Position numbers and translations under genes: made by a program | Shown here: positions 1 through 10,970 of the stretch, one piece after another | How the letters are laid out: every line of letters begins with the position of its first letter | How positions within the stretch are numbered: position 1 is the first letter of the stretch | NCBI GenBank assembly: GCA_001643675.2 | Contig: LSRY02000041.1 | Span: forward strand, 124,001 to 188,000 | DNA from: Monocercomonoides exilis PA203 | Lineage: Eukaryota > Protista > Preaxostyla | Direction of reading: 5' to 3' | DNA: 64,000 nt | Notes under the pieces: model-generated | The model's database searches: none | What the model was told of the DNA's origin: nothing | The model's input: only the letters and a program-made list of their open reading frames with translations

Positions 1-916
1 AATACAAAAACCATCTTTAATCGAAAAACAAACAACTTTGAAGAACACATCTTCGCGTGTTGTAAGTGTTTGAAAACAATTGGCTAAAGATGGAACGGCA
101 GTGCGTTCATGGGTCTCATCTTTTATTGACAAATGGGAAGATTTCTGCAACAACGGCAGAAGACAGCAGCAAAATGTTACTGAGGCGTTAGAAAATCATC
201 ACCAACTTCTTCAAAAAGATGAGTTTATTAACAAGGATTCCTTCAATCCAGCAATCATCACTCATCTCAAATTCCAAAAATGCCAAAAAATTTCATCACA
301 CTTCAATGAAATTTGTAACAATGTCGTTATCAATTCTTCCTAGAATCACAATGGATTATCTTCTTTCTTTGCAACTTAAGTTTTAAATGGAAAGAATTGT
401 GTTTATTACAATGAATGAAACGAAAAATGCTGTGCTGCTCGATGGGAGGAAATGGCCGCATTTCCAGAGGTGAAAGCCCATTGTCATGAATGCACTGATT
501 CTGCTGGTTCTGCTCCTTCAAGAACATTACAAATTGAAACAGATCGTGTAAACCAGCGCACTTTCTGCAAAGTGTTTTCAACAGAAAACATTCAACATTT
601 TCAAAAAGATAATCAGGAAACGATTATTTATCATCTTTCTGTACAAATACTATTTAAGCGTTTGGATCAAAGAAATGGACACTGCATTGCTGTTGTAAAA
701 AGGATAAATGGACATGATATCAAATGGAATATTTGCAACGATGCTGATGTGACAGAACTGAACATCGAAAATTGGATAAAGGCATGGAAGGATCTTTATG
801 CTCAAGGTTACACTTTGTCACTCTCATACTATATCAAAGAAAAAACAAAACCAACGTTATCATCCATTCAATTTGGTGGTTCATCATCTTCATCTTTTTC
901 AGAAACATCAAATTAA
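1..916 (+). pseudogene. Disrupted USP/peptidase C19-like domain, N-terminal part of the transposon ORF (5' partial)
   Basis: ORFs 80..343 and 452..916 share one frame, broken by TAG (341), TAA (377) and TGA (416). Motifs occur in USP order: GRRQQQNVTEAL (QQD..EFL-like), HCHEC, His box GHCIAVVK...W.ICNDADV, then GY...YY. The Cys box would lie upstream of the window. Confidence 0.6.
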
Positions 917-2310
917 ACACTTCAAATGACATATCATCATCATCATCAATTGCACAACATCCTCGAACAACTTCCATTCCACAACTATCATCATCAATCT
1001 CATCAAATAATGGATTGGAGGCACTAAAAGAAAGAAGAAGAAATACGGGCATCTTTTCTCCGAATGAAAAGAGATTAATCTTCAAGCCCAAGACAAAATT
1101 ATGGAAAGAGTTTTCCGAAGAAACAAATATTAAAGTTTCTTTGTCACATTTATACAAACTCACAACCAACTTCTCCAAAGCGAAAAGGCGGACAGATCTC
1201 TGTGGCATGTGTGAGAAGTTGAACAATTTGGAGAATAAACTCAAATCCTCACAAAACAAAAATGGACTTTCTTCTGCTGAGTTTCATTCTCTCAAACTTC
1301 TTCGACAACATCGACTAGTTGCAGAAATGCAACGAAAACATTATCAATCAACAGTCGACAATTTGAAAGAGGGAGAAGCAGTCTTCGTCTTCGACTTCAA
1401 AGAAAAATGGAAACTCCCTATCAGAAAGAACCAACTTCATCAAGAATTCTTCAATTATCAACAAGTCTCTCAATTCACAATCATCTCCCTTCAAAAAATT
1501 AATAATCAACAAATAAAACGAACTTTCAACTTCTTCTCCGACTGCCTCTCAAATGATCACAGATTTGTCATTGAGTGTCTGGAATCTGTGATTAAAAGAC
1601 ACCTATTCTCAGACACTCACACGTTTAAGTTCTTCTGCGATTCGGGCCCACACAACCGAAATCGCTTCATTCTTCACTTCATCCTTTCAAAACAATCAAA
1701 ACTTTTGAAAAAGAAAAATACTCAACTCAACTTCTTCGCTGAGCACCATGGAAAAAATATCTGTGATAGTGAATTTGGTGCACTTGTGAACACAATCAAC
1801 AACAACCTATCAACTGAACACATCACCACACTTCATGACTTAATCAACTTCTTCGAAAACAATATGAACACTTCGACATCAGCTTCTTCAACTTCACAAT
1901 CAAACATTTTCTCAACACCATCATCAAACTCTTCACCATCTTCAACATCTGTCAATGACTCTGTGCATGAGAGGTACTTTGAAGAATATGTACCATCTCA
2001 GCAAATTTCATGGCCATCTCTGTCAGTTCCTCACATGAAGGACTACTTATTCTTTGAGCGCAAGGGCTCGTTTGTCTGCGCATCTGCTGTTGGATATCTT
2101 CCTCAACGCTCTCTGGTTTCCCTCGAATCTTCAACAACGAAAGAAAATGTTCAACGTTCAAGAAAGTCATTTCACTCTGATATCACATCATCCAACTCTT
2201 CTCTTCTTTCTCAATCTTCTCAAGATCTTCTTTCAAGGAGATTTGATCTTCTTCTTGACTCTTCATCTTTAAATGAATCTCAAAATTGTATTAATGGTGT
2301 CCCTTATTAA
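772..2310 (+). mobile_element. Sola-like (probably Sola2) DDE/DDD transposase; true coding part starts near 913
   Basis: TDLCGMC motif, then VFDFKEKW (D at nt 1393), FFCDSGPHNRN (D at 1639) and FFAEHHGKNICDSEFG (D at 1765). This matches the DF.E / SD / HGK..CD signature of Sola-type transposases. The frame is open to TAA at 2310. Confidence 0.75.
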
Positions 2311-2318
2311 GAAACGAG

Positions 2319-2448
2319 TTGTTGTGTATGCTTAGCTGGCACTCTATCGGAAGGGTGCTGAAAATGACTGTTCGTATTAGATATTGCAGCCTTCGGGCTG
2401 CTTTATCCGGACCTGGATACGACGAACAGCCTCCCAGGTACACAATAG
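2319..2448 (+). ncRNA. Putative structured RNA element immediately 3' of the transposase stop
   Basis: Nested pairings: TTGTGTA 2322-28 / TACACAA 2439-45; GCACTCT 2339-45 / AGGGTGC 2352-58; CTGTTCGT 2368-75 / ACGAACAG 2422-29; GCAGCC-TTCG-GGCTGC 2386-2401; TATCCG 2404-09 / TGGATA 2414-19. G-U wobbles favour the + strand. It forms a GC-richer island in AT-rich DNA. Confidence 0.55.
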
Positions 2449-4479
2449 ATAAAAATCCGATTGTTTTCTTACTGTTTCTGTCCCTGTAATGTCCTTATTT
2501 TCACTTGGTAATAGTCCCGAAATTTATTTATATATGTCTAAATAGAGATTCATTTTTTGATGGGTGTTGTGAAGAGTTTCAATGATTTTTTGATCAGATT
2601 TTAGGAAAGGAGATTAGCTGAGAGTGTGAAGTGATGTTTCATCACTGTGTCTGCCTTTTTTCTCTGTTGGATTTGATCTTTTTGAGTTAGGAAAAGAGAA
2701 ATATCAGAAAGGGTGGAGTTGATGGAAAACAGAGTGAAAATGGACAAGTTAGTTTTTGAACTTTTTTATATAAGTTTTCTTTTTTGTTTAGAATTGTCTT
2801 TGGTACCATGAATTTGTTGAAATAGTACTATTTCTTCTCATATCTTTTATTGTTCAAAATTGTTGATATTCAGTTGATATTTGGTGATTGTTTTATGATT
2901 ATGTGACAGAATTGTGTTTTTTTGAAAGTTATTGAATCTGATTAGAAAATTTCTGATTGTTTTTCAATTTTTTTTAATGATTAATATCATGAAGTACTTT
3001 TTGTTTTTTTATGTCATTTTGATTGGTGAATGATTGCTATTTTTTAACGTATTTTTTTTTTTCATTTCACTCATTTTTCTATGATTTTCAGAAAAAACTC
3101 AATAACATAAAATAAACTCATTTTTGAAACGACCACTTATCTAATCATTCAGTAATGCATGAAAAATGAAAAAATATGACACATGCACAACAACATTTTC
3201 GAATGAAAAAAGGATCTGACCCGATATTTTATTTTTTTCGAGATCAAAAAGATCAAAAAAACAAGCGTTAAAGGGCGAAAATTGCAGATTTCAAAAAGCA
3301 GTTTTTTGGTAATATATGAAGTTAAATCGATGAAATAAACCATTTTGAACAAAAAAAAGTGGCATCGAGATTCTGATCCTTCTGTCATCTTCATTGTTTG
3401 AAGCGGAAAACAGAAGTTTTTTCCATGAATACAAGTTTTTAAAATTCAGAAAAAATATTTTTCTAACTCTTATCACATACATAACTATTAAACAAAAAAT
3501 CAAAATTTTTCTGATATTTGTTTTTTTTTAATAAATATTCAAAAATTCAAAAAGATATGGTTCTGATTAAAGCTGGAGTTTTGTTTCTTTCATTTTTTCA
3601 AAATCACTTGCTTTTCCAACTTTTTACCAGTTTGTTTAAACTTTTTATTATTGAATTTTTATTGTAATATTACAGTTTTTTCATTATATTGGAAAACTAT
3701 ACAATTTGCTTCATTTTAATTGAAAAGGATCCTAACTTATTGATCAAATGGTCAATCTACTCTTTGGAAAGCATAACGATAGGGATGGAGCAGATTAATA
3801 CGTATCAATGGGAAACGCAGGAATGTGTGCAAGTGTCATGATTTTTATGATTTTTGATTGGAACAAAAGATGAAAACAAATTCAGCTGATGTTTTGTTGA
3901 ATGAAGATTTATGGATGGAATTCTGTGAATGCAAAATCTGCGCAATATAATGTAGCATTTTGGAATGTTAGGCAGGGGGAGCAATTTGGGTGATTTTTTT
4001 TGATATCATAAAAAAAGATCAAAAATCGAAAAAATAAAATCTATAGTGGTATTTATTGATCATAAAAAATAAATGTATTTTTTCAAGTCTTTAGCTTTTA
4101 TTTCTGTTATATATATTTGTTTTATTTATTTATGTTAAAAAAAACATACCTCTTTAATGTTTTTGATTAAAAAGGATTTTTATGATCAAGTTTCAAAAAA
4201 AAAATTGAAAAATCAATCTTTAAAAGGAAAATAGATATTTCTAAACTGGAAAAACAAAACATTGAAAAGAAAAAATTGAAAAGAAGAACAGAAAAGAAGA
4301 ACAGAAAAGAAGAAAAGAAAACAAAATTATTTAGACAAATTTGACATTAATTATTATTTTTCTTTTTTTTTCCTCACCTTTGTATAGCCAACAAATCTCC
4401 GTTTATTTTATTCGATTCATCAGATTCATCAAACATAAACAGATAAAGTGGAATATTGGATTAAGCCAAATTCAAAAGC

Positions 4480-4720
4480 TTGTTCCCTCACATTTCTCTG
4501 ATTAAAATTGTTGCAAACAATGGAATTGATGCTGATGCTTGTGGCAAAACACAGCAAAGCCCCTGTGCCACAGTGGAGTATGCTCTCGGATGCGTTGCTC
4601 CCTTCAGCGATGCCTCCCTCTCCCTTCTCGTCTCCACTTTCACTCCCACAAAGACTCTCACATTCCGTTCTCCAAATACAAAAATTAATGGAAAAGATGT
4701 ATTTTTTCAGGTTCTCATAA
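4480..4720 (+). pseudogene. Fragment of a Cys-containing surface-protein family gene (cargo)
   Basis: IVANNGIDADACGKTQQSPCATVEYAL...TFTPTKTLTF, a G.D...CG.....PC.T motif typical of protist beta-helix surface proteins. It has no proper start or continuation. Confidence 0.5.
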
Positions 4721-6107
4721 AAATTCTTTCATTTTCCATATCATCGAAAAATCTTTGTGCCTTCATTGTTTTTTCAACAAGAGCATATATCATCACTTAT
4801 TTTTAGAGAAGTTTAACTAAGTTCCGAAAAAAATATAACTTTTCCATTTTCCATTTGATTTGACTTCTTCATCAAATGAAAATAAAGCTCTTTGCTAAAT
4901 GGTATCATCTATTTCTTCTCTTCAAATATCATTTTTTCAATCATTTCATGTGATTTTCTTCTGATTATATTCCCCTCAACTTTTCCATTTCAACTTGTCC
5001 GTAACTGATAAACTCAACTCCCTCATAGAACTGTAATTCAAATAAGCCTTTTCTTCAAAATTGATTTTCTTCCTCATTTCATTTTCAATAATTTGTTGTG
5101 ATTTTGAAGTTGTGAAATCTGCCGAAGGCTATTTTGGAACCCATCCATTTCATAAAAGAATTGTTTCAAAGCTCTTTCTGTTTTCACTGCAAATGCTTCA
5201 GCTTCCAAATGAAAAAGTCAGATTCGATCTCCTTCCTTTGATGAATGTCTTCTGATCTGATATTCCAGATCAAAATTATTCATTTCATTGACGTGTTAGG
5301 TTGGTTGAAATTCTATTTCAGAATAAATAATTATCTGTGCTTCTGAATAGGAATGAAAGACGAGGTCTGATGATGAATTTGACGGGTGCTGAATGAAAGA
5401 GAAGGAGACGAAGATAGAGCAGGAAGTGAGAGAAGAGAAAGAGAGCCAGGAGAAGCAGAATTAGCAGAAGATGGATGGACAGCTTGAGAAAAGAGGGAAG
5501 GAGATTGAGATGTTCTGAGAGAAGGAAAAGATTGTTGTTGGATGTTCATAAACAAGGACGAATTGACAAGTGATGAAGTTCAGTGAGAAAGAGGAGAAGA
5601 ACATTTTTTGTATTTGCAGCAAAATCAGCAGCTGAATCTAAAGGCGCAACAAAATTGAGTGTATGGTATTTCTGCATCAGATCCATCGCCATTGAATTCT
5701 GCGACATGAAGAAAGACACCAACTTTGAGAACGACAGAGCATCTCTTCGTCCAGGAACACTGCTCTGATTGAATGTTCTAATCCCTTTCTCCTTCTGAAA
5801 CAGCAGAGGTGATCCTTTCCCTGCTCCTTTTCTTCCCTTTCTGTGTGTCGCTTCTGCTTCCTCTTCGCAGTTCTGCACTGTTCTGCCTCAGCCCGCTTTT
5901 CAGAGCCTCATCAGATCCAACCACATTCTCGTTTGCCTCGCGTCGACTGCTGCATTAACAGGTACTTTTCGCATCTCCCACACAAATTGCACATTTTCCT
6001 CGCTTTTGATGCGAACATGGCAGCAGGGCACATCCAGTTCATCGCTCAAATCTTCCAGGCAGAATAAACGAGGTCATTCAACATGCTGTCCAATTTTCGC
6101 TCTCTTG

Positions 6108-6670
6108 TCAAAAATGGCGTTTGGCTTTCTTTCGCCTCTTGCTGCGCCTCACTTGCCATTTAATTCTCCTTCTGGTTGGTCGGCGTGCCTGTCTCAAGGT
6201 GTGGTTGTAATATTCCTTGGACACTGCTAAACAGATTCTTGTCTTTTTCTTCTTTCTTCTTCCTTTCCTCTCTTTCTCTTCTTTCTCATTCCTCTTTTTC
6301 TGTATCTCCTGCTTTTTCATCAGCGGAAGCAGTTTATCTCTCTGATCATCAGATTCCAATGAACTGAACATGATCTTTGCTTCTTCATCGTCCACTTTCC
6401 CTTTCTCGTTCTGAAGCTCATCTTGCATCGCCCTTGTCACTTCTCTGTTGAAATTCTTCATCCCCAACACGCTCAATGTCACCACTCCTCCTCCTCCTCC
6501 AATTCCTCCTCCAACAGCAGGTGATAGCTGTATTGTTGATGCACCAACAGCTCCTCTTCCCATCTCCATCTCTTGACTGTCCACAATCAATGCTCTCCCT
6601 CCGACTCCTCTCCATCCTCCGTCAATTCGCTTCCCTCGTGTAAAGTGTATCGTTCCAAAGTTTCCTCTTC
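6108..6670 (-). pseudogene. Hypothetical gene fragment (cargo)
   Basis: Coding-like segment (LSVLGMKNFNREVTRAMQDELQNEKGK...) with no recognisable domain; flanking frames are interrupted. Confidence 0.3.
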
Positions 6671-7736
6671 CTGAAATTTATTGTTTAGGCTGTTAAGAAG
6701 GAAATGGTGAAGGAGAGGAATTTGTTGCTGCTTTTGATGTTGTTTTTGCTGTGCTCGTGATGAAAGTGGATCTGTTTTGGCTCATTGGAATGTATTTCGT
6801 CTTTTCGGCCGTTTCTTATTGATTCTTTGGTGTTTGTATTCTTTTCTGCTTTTTTTTTGTCTTTGCTTTTGAAGCAACTTCTTTGGGGTTGTTCATTAAA
6901 TCCTCCAATATCACTTCTTTATCCTCATCTTTCGCGTTATCTTCATCGCCTTCAACTTCTTCCTTTTCTCCAGATTCTTCGCATAACGCTCCACCATCCG
7001 AAATTATGCAAACAGTGTAAGCACATCAAATATATCCGGCTATGGAACAAAATATTGTCTTTTCCTTCTTCTTCCGAACTGCTTCCTCATCCTCCCCATC
7101 TGCTGCTCTTCTTATGTCAGGAATAAGTTGCGAAAAAATCAACGCAACGAGGAAGAAGAAAATAGTGAAGAGGGCAATGACCTTGGGGCTGCTTCAACTT
7201 GTGCACAACGGTTGATATAGCATCGGAGGAGGAGAGTGTGTATTGCTGTTATGCGGAGAGCCATTGCAAACTCAGAGCGATGGGGTGGTTTTGGATGGAG
7301 AGAGAGGTCTGTTATTGCTGGAGAAGATTAGGAAGATGAAGGAGAGGGAGAAGGAGATGATTGAGGAAGAGAAAGAAAAGATTCGTTTTGCATTGAAGAA
7401 GGAGATGTGCCTGTTCCTGTGCCAATGCCAGCAATTGAACGAGTCAAAAATGTTTGTGTTGAATTTTGATTGCTTTTTCTTTGTCTTTGTCTTCGTGACA
7501 CATAAGACGGATTCTGAAGAGTTGCTTCTTATGGGGGAAGGATCACAGGAAGAGGTAGACGCGGCGCATGTTTTCTTTTGATCTCTTCGATGATTTCATC
7601 AATTTCTGCTTTTTCTGCTCTTTCTTGTGATTAATTCACTTCTGACTGTTCGGATGAAGAAAAAGATGAAGATGACAAGTTTTTTATTTTTTCTTTCTCG
7701 AAGAATTTAACTGTTGCTGCTTTTGATGACTATGTT

Positions 7737-7851
7737 GAAGAAGAAGAAGAAGAAGAAGAAGAAGAAGAAGAAGAAGAAGAAGAAGAAGAAGAAGAAGAAG
7801 AAGAAGAAGAAGAAGAAGAAGAAGAAGAAGAAGAAGAAGAAGAAGAAGAAG
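7737..7851. repeat. (GAA)n microsatellite
   Basis: Uninterrupted GAA triplets for about 115 bp. Confidence 0.95.
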
Positions 7852-8469
7852 AAAAAGAAGTGAATAAAAATGATGGTTGGCAAATGAAAATGCTGGCAAA
7901 GTTAATGCTGTTTCGATAATTTACTGATGAGTCCTTTTCCGTTTTTTGATTTCAAGTAGAAAATCAAAACAAAACGTTGATAGTGTTGTAACGGGCTTAT
8001 TCTTCGTTTCAGCTCCTTTCAATTTCTCGATTGAAAAACATTCATTCTAGGCCTTTCGAATGTCTCTGCCAAATCCATCTCCTCTCCATTGTCTTCCTTC
8101 TCCCCACCCACCCGAATCCTCTGGCTTGTCACATACGCTGCATTGTTCAGAAGGATGCTCTGTGGCTCAAACACATTCCTCGTCGCTGACACGCTGTTGC
8201 TCGCAAACACACCTGCATTGCCCAATCTGCTCTTCCCGAGAATCGCACAGGGTGTCGACAGCGAGAATGAAGAAATAGTTGAAGATGCATGCAAAGAAGA
8301 TATGTTCGACAAATAGGCGGAGCTTGTGGAAGATTTGCAGAGGGAATTCTGTGTGAGAGAAGAGGGGTCTGTAGCTGGAGATGAATGAGCGAGTGGCTCT
8401 GGAGAAGTTCCAACAAGAACAGAAGGGGCAGACAACTGAGTATGTTGCAAGGGATAATAAGGAGGAGTT

Positions 8470-8888
8470 GCAAATGTTGAGAAGGCTGTGATGTTTTGAG
8501 TGTGCAGCTGAGCAGATGAGAATGTGCTGTCAAATGAGTAAAATGTCTGGTACTGTTCATCATCATTTTCATTACCTCCTTCTTTTCCTCTGTCCCTCCT
8601 CCTCCTTTCTGTGACTGCCTGTGGAAGCCCTGTGTCGAAAGCGTCAATTTGATATGCATAAAACTCGTCTTTCTGTTTTGTCTTCGTCTTCGGCTTTTAC
8701 GTTTCCAGCTGACTCCTTTCCTCTGCTCTGCGCTCAACTAACTTTTGTAGTTTTCTTTCTTTTCTTCTTCCTTTGGAACACGCTGTCCTCTCTTAGTTCC
8801 TTGGTAGTATCACAAAGATAGAGCATGAGCTCGACGTATCTGGCTGCTCCTTCCCCCTTCCACTGCCATTTTACGTGCGATGCCCATT
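8470..8888 (+). repeat. Near-identical inverted duplicate of 14572-14990
   Basis: ORF translations 8621..8821(+) and 14639..14839(-) are identical. The flanking ~500 bp and ~100 bp are homologous but clearly diverged. Confidence 0.9.
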
Positions 8889-10499
8889 CGCCTCATTCTG
8901 AACAGCAAGAGCACGGATGTCGTTCGAAACGCTGAAGCAGAGCGGGATGTGCCGTCGCAGAAGAGGAAAGCAGTTCAGATGCACATCCTGCAATCTAATA
9001 GAAGGCTTTGATATCGATGATGATACTGTTGAGAGAAGGAAAGCTGAATGAAATATTTATCAGGGCGAATTATCTGGCTACTGATTGAATAGCTCATATT
9101 CATTCCAAGGAAGATGGAATGATCCAATACGAAGTGAGAGGAAATATCATTGAAAAAGAGGAGGAAGGTGAATACATGCAGTTACAGAGAAATCCATTTA
9201 TTATCTTTAAGTATTTTCGAAGAAGATGCTGATATGTTTTCAAATGATTTCATTGATTGAACAATATATTGTGTTTGATTTGAAAACTTCGAAGGAGCAG
9301 TTAATTGAAATCACAATATTTTTAACAGGCAGATTCAAGCTTATCAAAGAAATCGGATATCCCCGAATCTTTAGCAGCTTTTGAGTTATCATCTTTCAAT
9401 TCTTGCCACAAACAGAAAATGATTCTGGCCTTTTTGTACGAAAAATAGAAATTTACAAAACATCTGATGAGGTTAATGGCAAAAAATGTGAAGAAGGTCA
9501 AGAAAAACACGAAGACGAAGGCGAAGGAGGAGGTGGTGGAGAAGAAGAAGGAGAAGAAGAAGAAGAAGAAGAAGAAGAAGGAGGAGGAGGAGGAGGAGGA
9601 GAAGAAGAAGAAGAAGAAGAAGAAGAAGAAGAAGAAGCAATATTTGACTAAAGTAGATTTTGTGTATTTTTGGCTATGCGATTCATAACAGGCGTGCTTG
9701 TAGCTGAATAAGCAAGTGAATTGTGAGAAGGCGAATTTTGTGTTTGCAAACCGAGAAATGAGGAAGATGGTTGATTGAATGAAGGAGGATTATAAAAAGA
9801 AGAGAAAGAAGTAGAAGAGGAAAAAGAAAAAAGGGTTGAGAATTGCGAAATCAGTAGAACGATATTTACGATGTTGAGAATAATTTGCGTGATGTTGTTG
9901 ATTGGCCAAAATGTCTCATTTGATGTATAAACTTCAGATTGGTTAAAAAAATTCAATCACCAAATATATGACGAACAGATTGGATAAATCAATAAAGCTG
10001 TATATTTCCTAAGTCAATTCACTTTCTTTTTGCGATTTCCTCTCCATTCCCTCAGAAACAAAAAATGAAAATATTTCTCAATTTCTTTTCCTTTCCATTC
10101 CCCTCTTCCATTCAACTCACAAAATCATCAGAAAATATCAATCCCTCCTCTTCTTCATCTTTTTCATCCTCTTCCGAAATATCTTCTCCTCTCAAAAATT
10201 ACCCCTCTTCCGATCTAACATTTCGCAATTGTCCTCTTCTTTCAAGCTTTTACCCCCCTTTCCTTCCTTTCAAAATCCATATCTCCCATCAACAATAATC
10301 ACCTTCCTCATCATCCTCAACCACTTCTCTATATATTTACTACATTTTCCTCTACAAATCTCCACCTGCTCTTCCCCATCTTTTTGTCTCAGAATTTCTT
10401 CCTTTCAAAAGCTCCTCTCAAAACATGAACATTCTATAAAACACTCAACTTTCACCCCCTGCCACAAAAAATATTCTTTCATCCCTTTTCTGCCCCATA

Positions 10500-10970
10500 T
10501 CCCTCCTGTGCAAGGTGTTGATGAGATAAACGAGATATACTTCTTTTGGTGATTGAGAATATTATTAAAGGAGATGATCATGCCAAAAATAGAAAATACA
10601 CCTCTGCACATCCACCACAATGTGTACAGGCTGAAAAGACCCTCCAGTGAGATATACAATATATTTTGTGAAGAAGGATGCAATGCTGTATTCAACCATT
10701 CTGAGACAGAAATAAAGAGATTGATTTATTTTTGGAATGATGATGGCTGTAGAAATGAGTGTGCTTGGCAAAAAGCAGTCGAAGAGCGGTTTGGTCTTTA
10801 TTTATTTTTCTATATATGAACATTTATCTGTTGATGTTTTTGTGTTTCTTTCAGGGCAGGAGGTGGAAATGAATGAAAATGAGAAAAAGCTGGATATCGT
10901 GTTATGCAGAATTGACATCGAATTGGGAGAGAGAATTCATAGAAAGTCCACAGGACAGAGGGATTGAGAA
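10500..10970 (+). pseudogene. Gene fragment with in-frame stop and a retained intron (cargo)
   Basis: DEINEIYFFW*LRILLKE...AWQKAVEER, then a GTTTG...TTCAG intron-like segment (~10789-10854) and more coding-like sequence. Confidence 0.35.

Noticed and set aside
341-418. TAA/TAG = Gln alternative genetic code (known in some oxymonads)
   Set aside because: A TGA is also in frame, and beta-tubulin ends at TAA in its normal position.
2386-2416. Minus-strand CAGGTCCGGATAAAGCAGCC resembles SRP RNA helix 8
   Set aside because: The closing pairs and GNRA loop cannot form, and the wobble pairs favour the + strand.
2330-2440. TPP riboswitch, SECIS, hammerhead or tRNA interpretation of the structured element
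   Set aside because: No UGAGA plus P5 arrangement, no 3' GA for a SECIS core, no CUGANGA/GAAA core, and no cloverleaf or proper B box.
3060-3500. Right terminus of the autonomous Sola-like element
   Set aside because: The sequence looks subterminal, but the left end lies outside the window, so no TIR or TSD can be verified.
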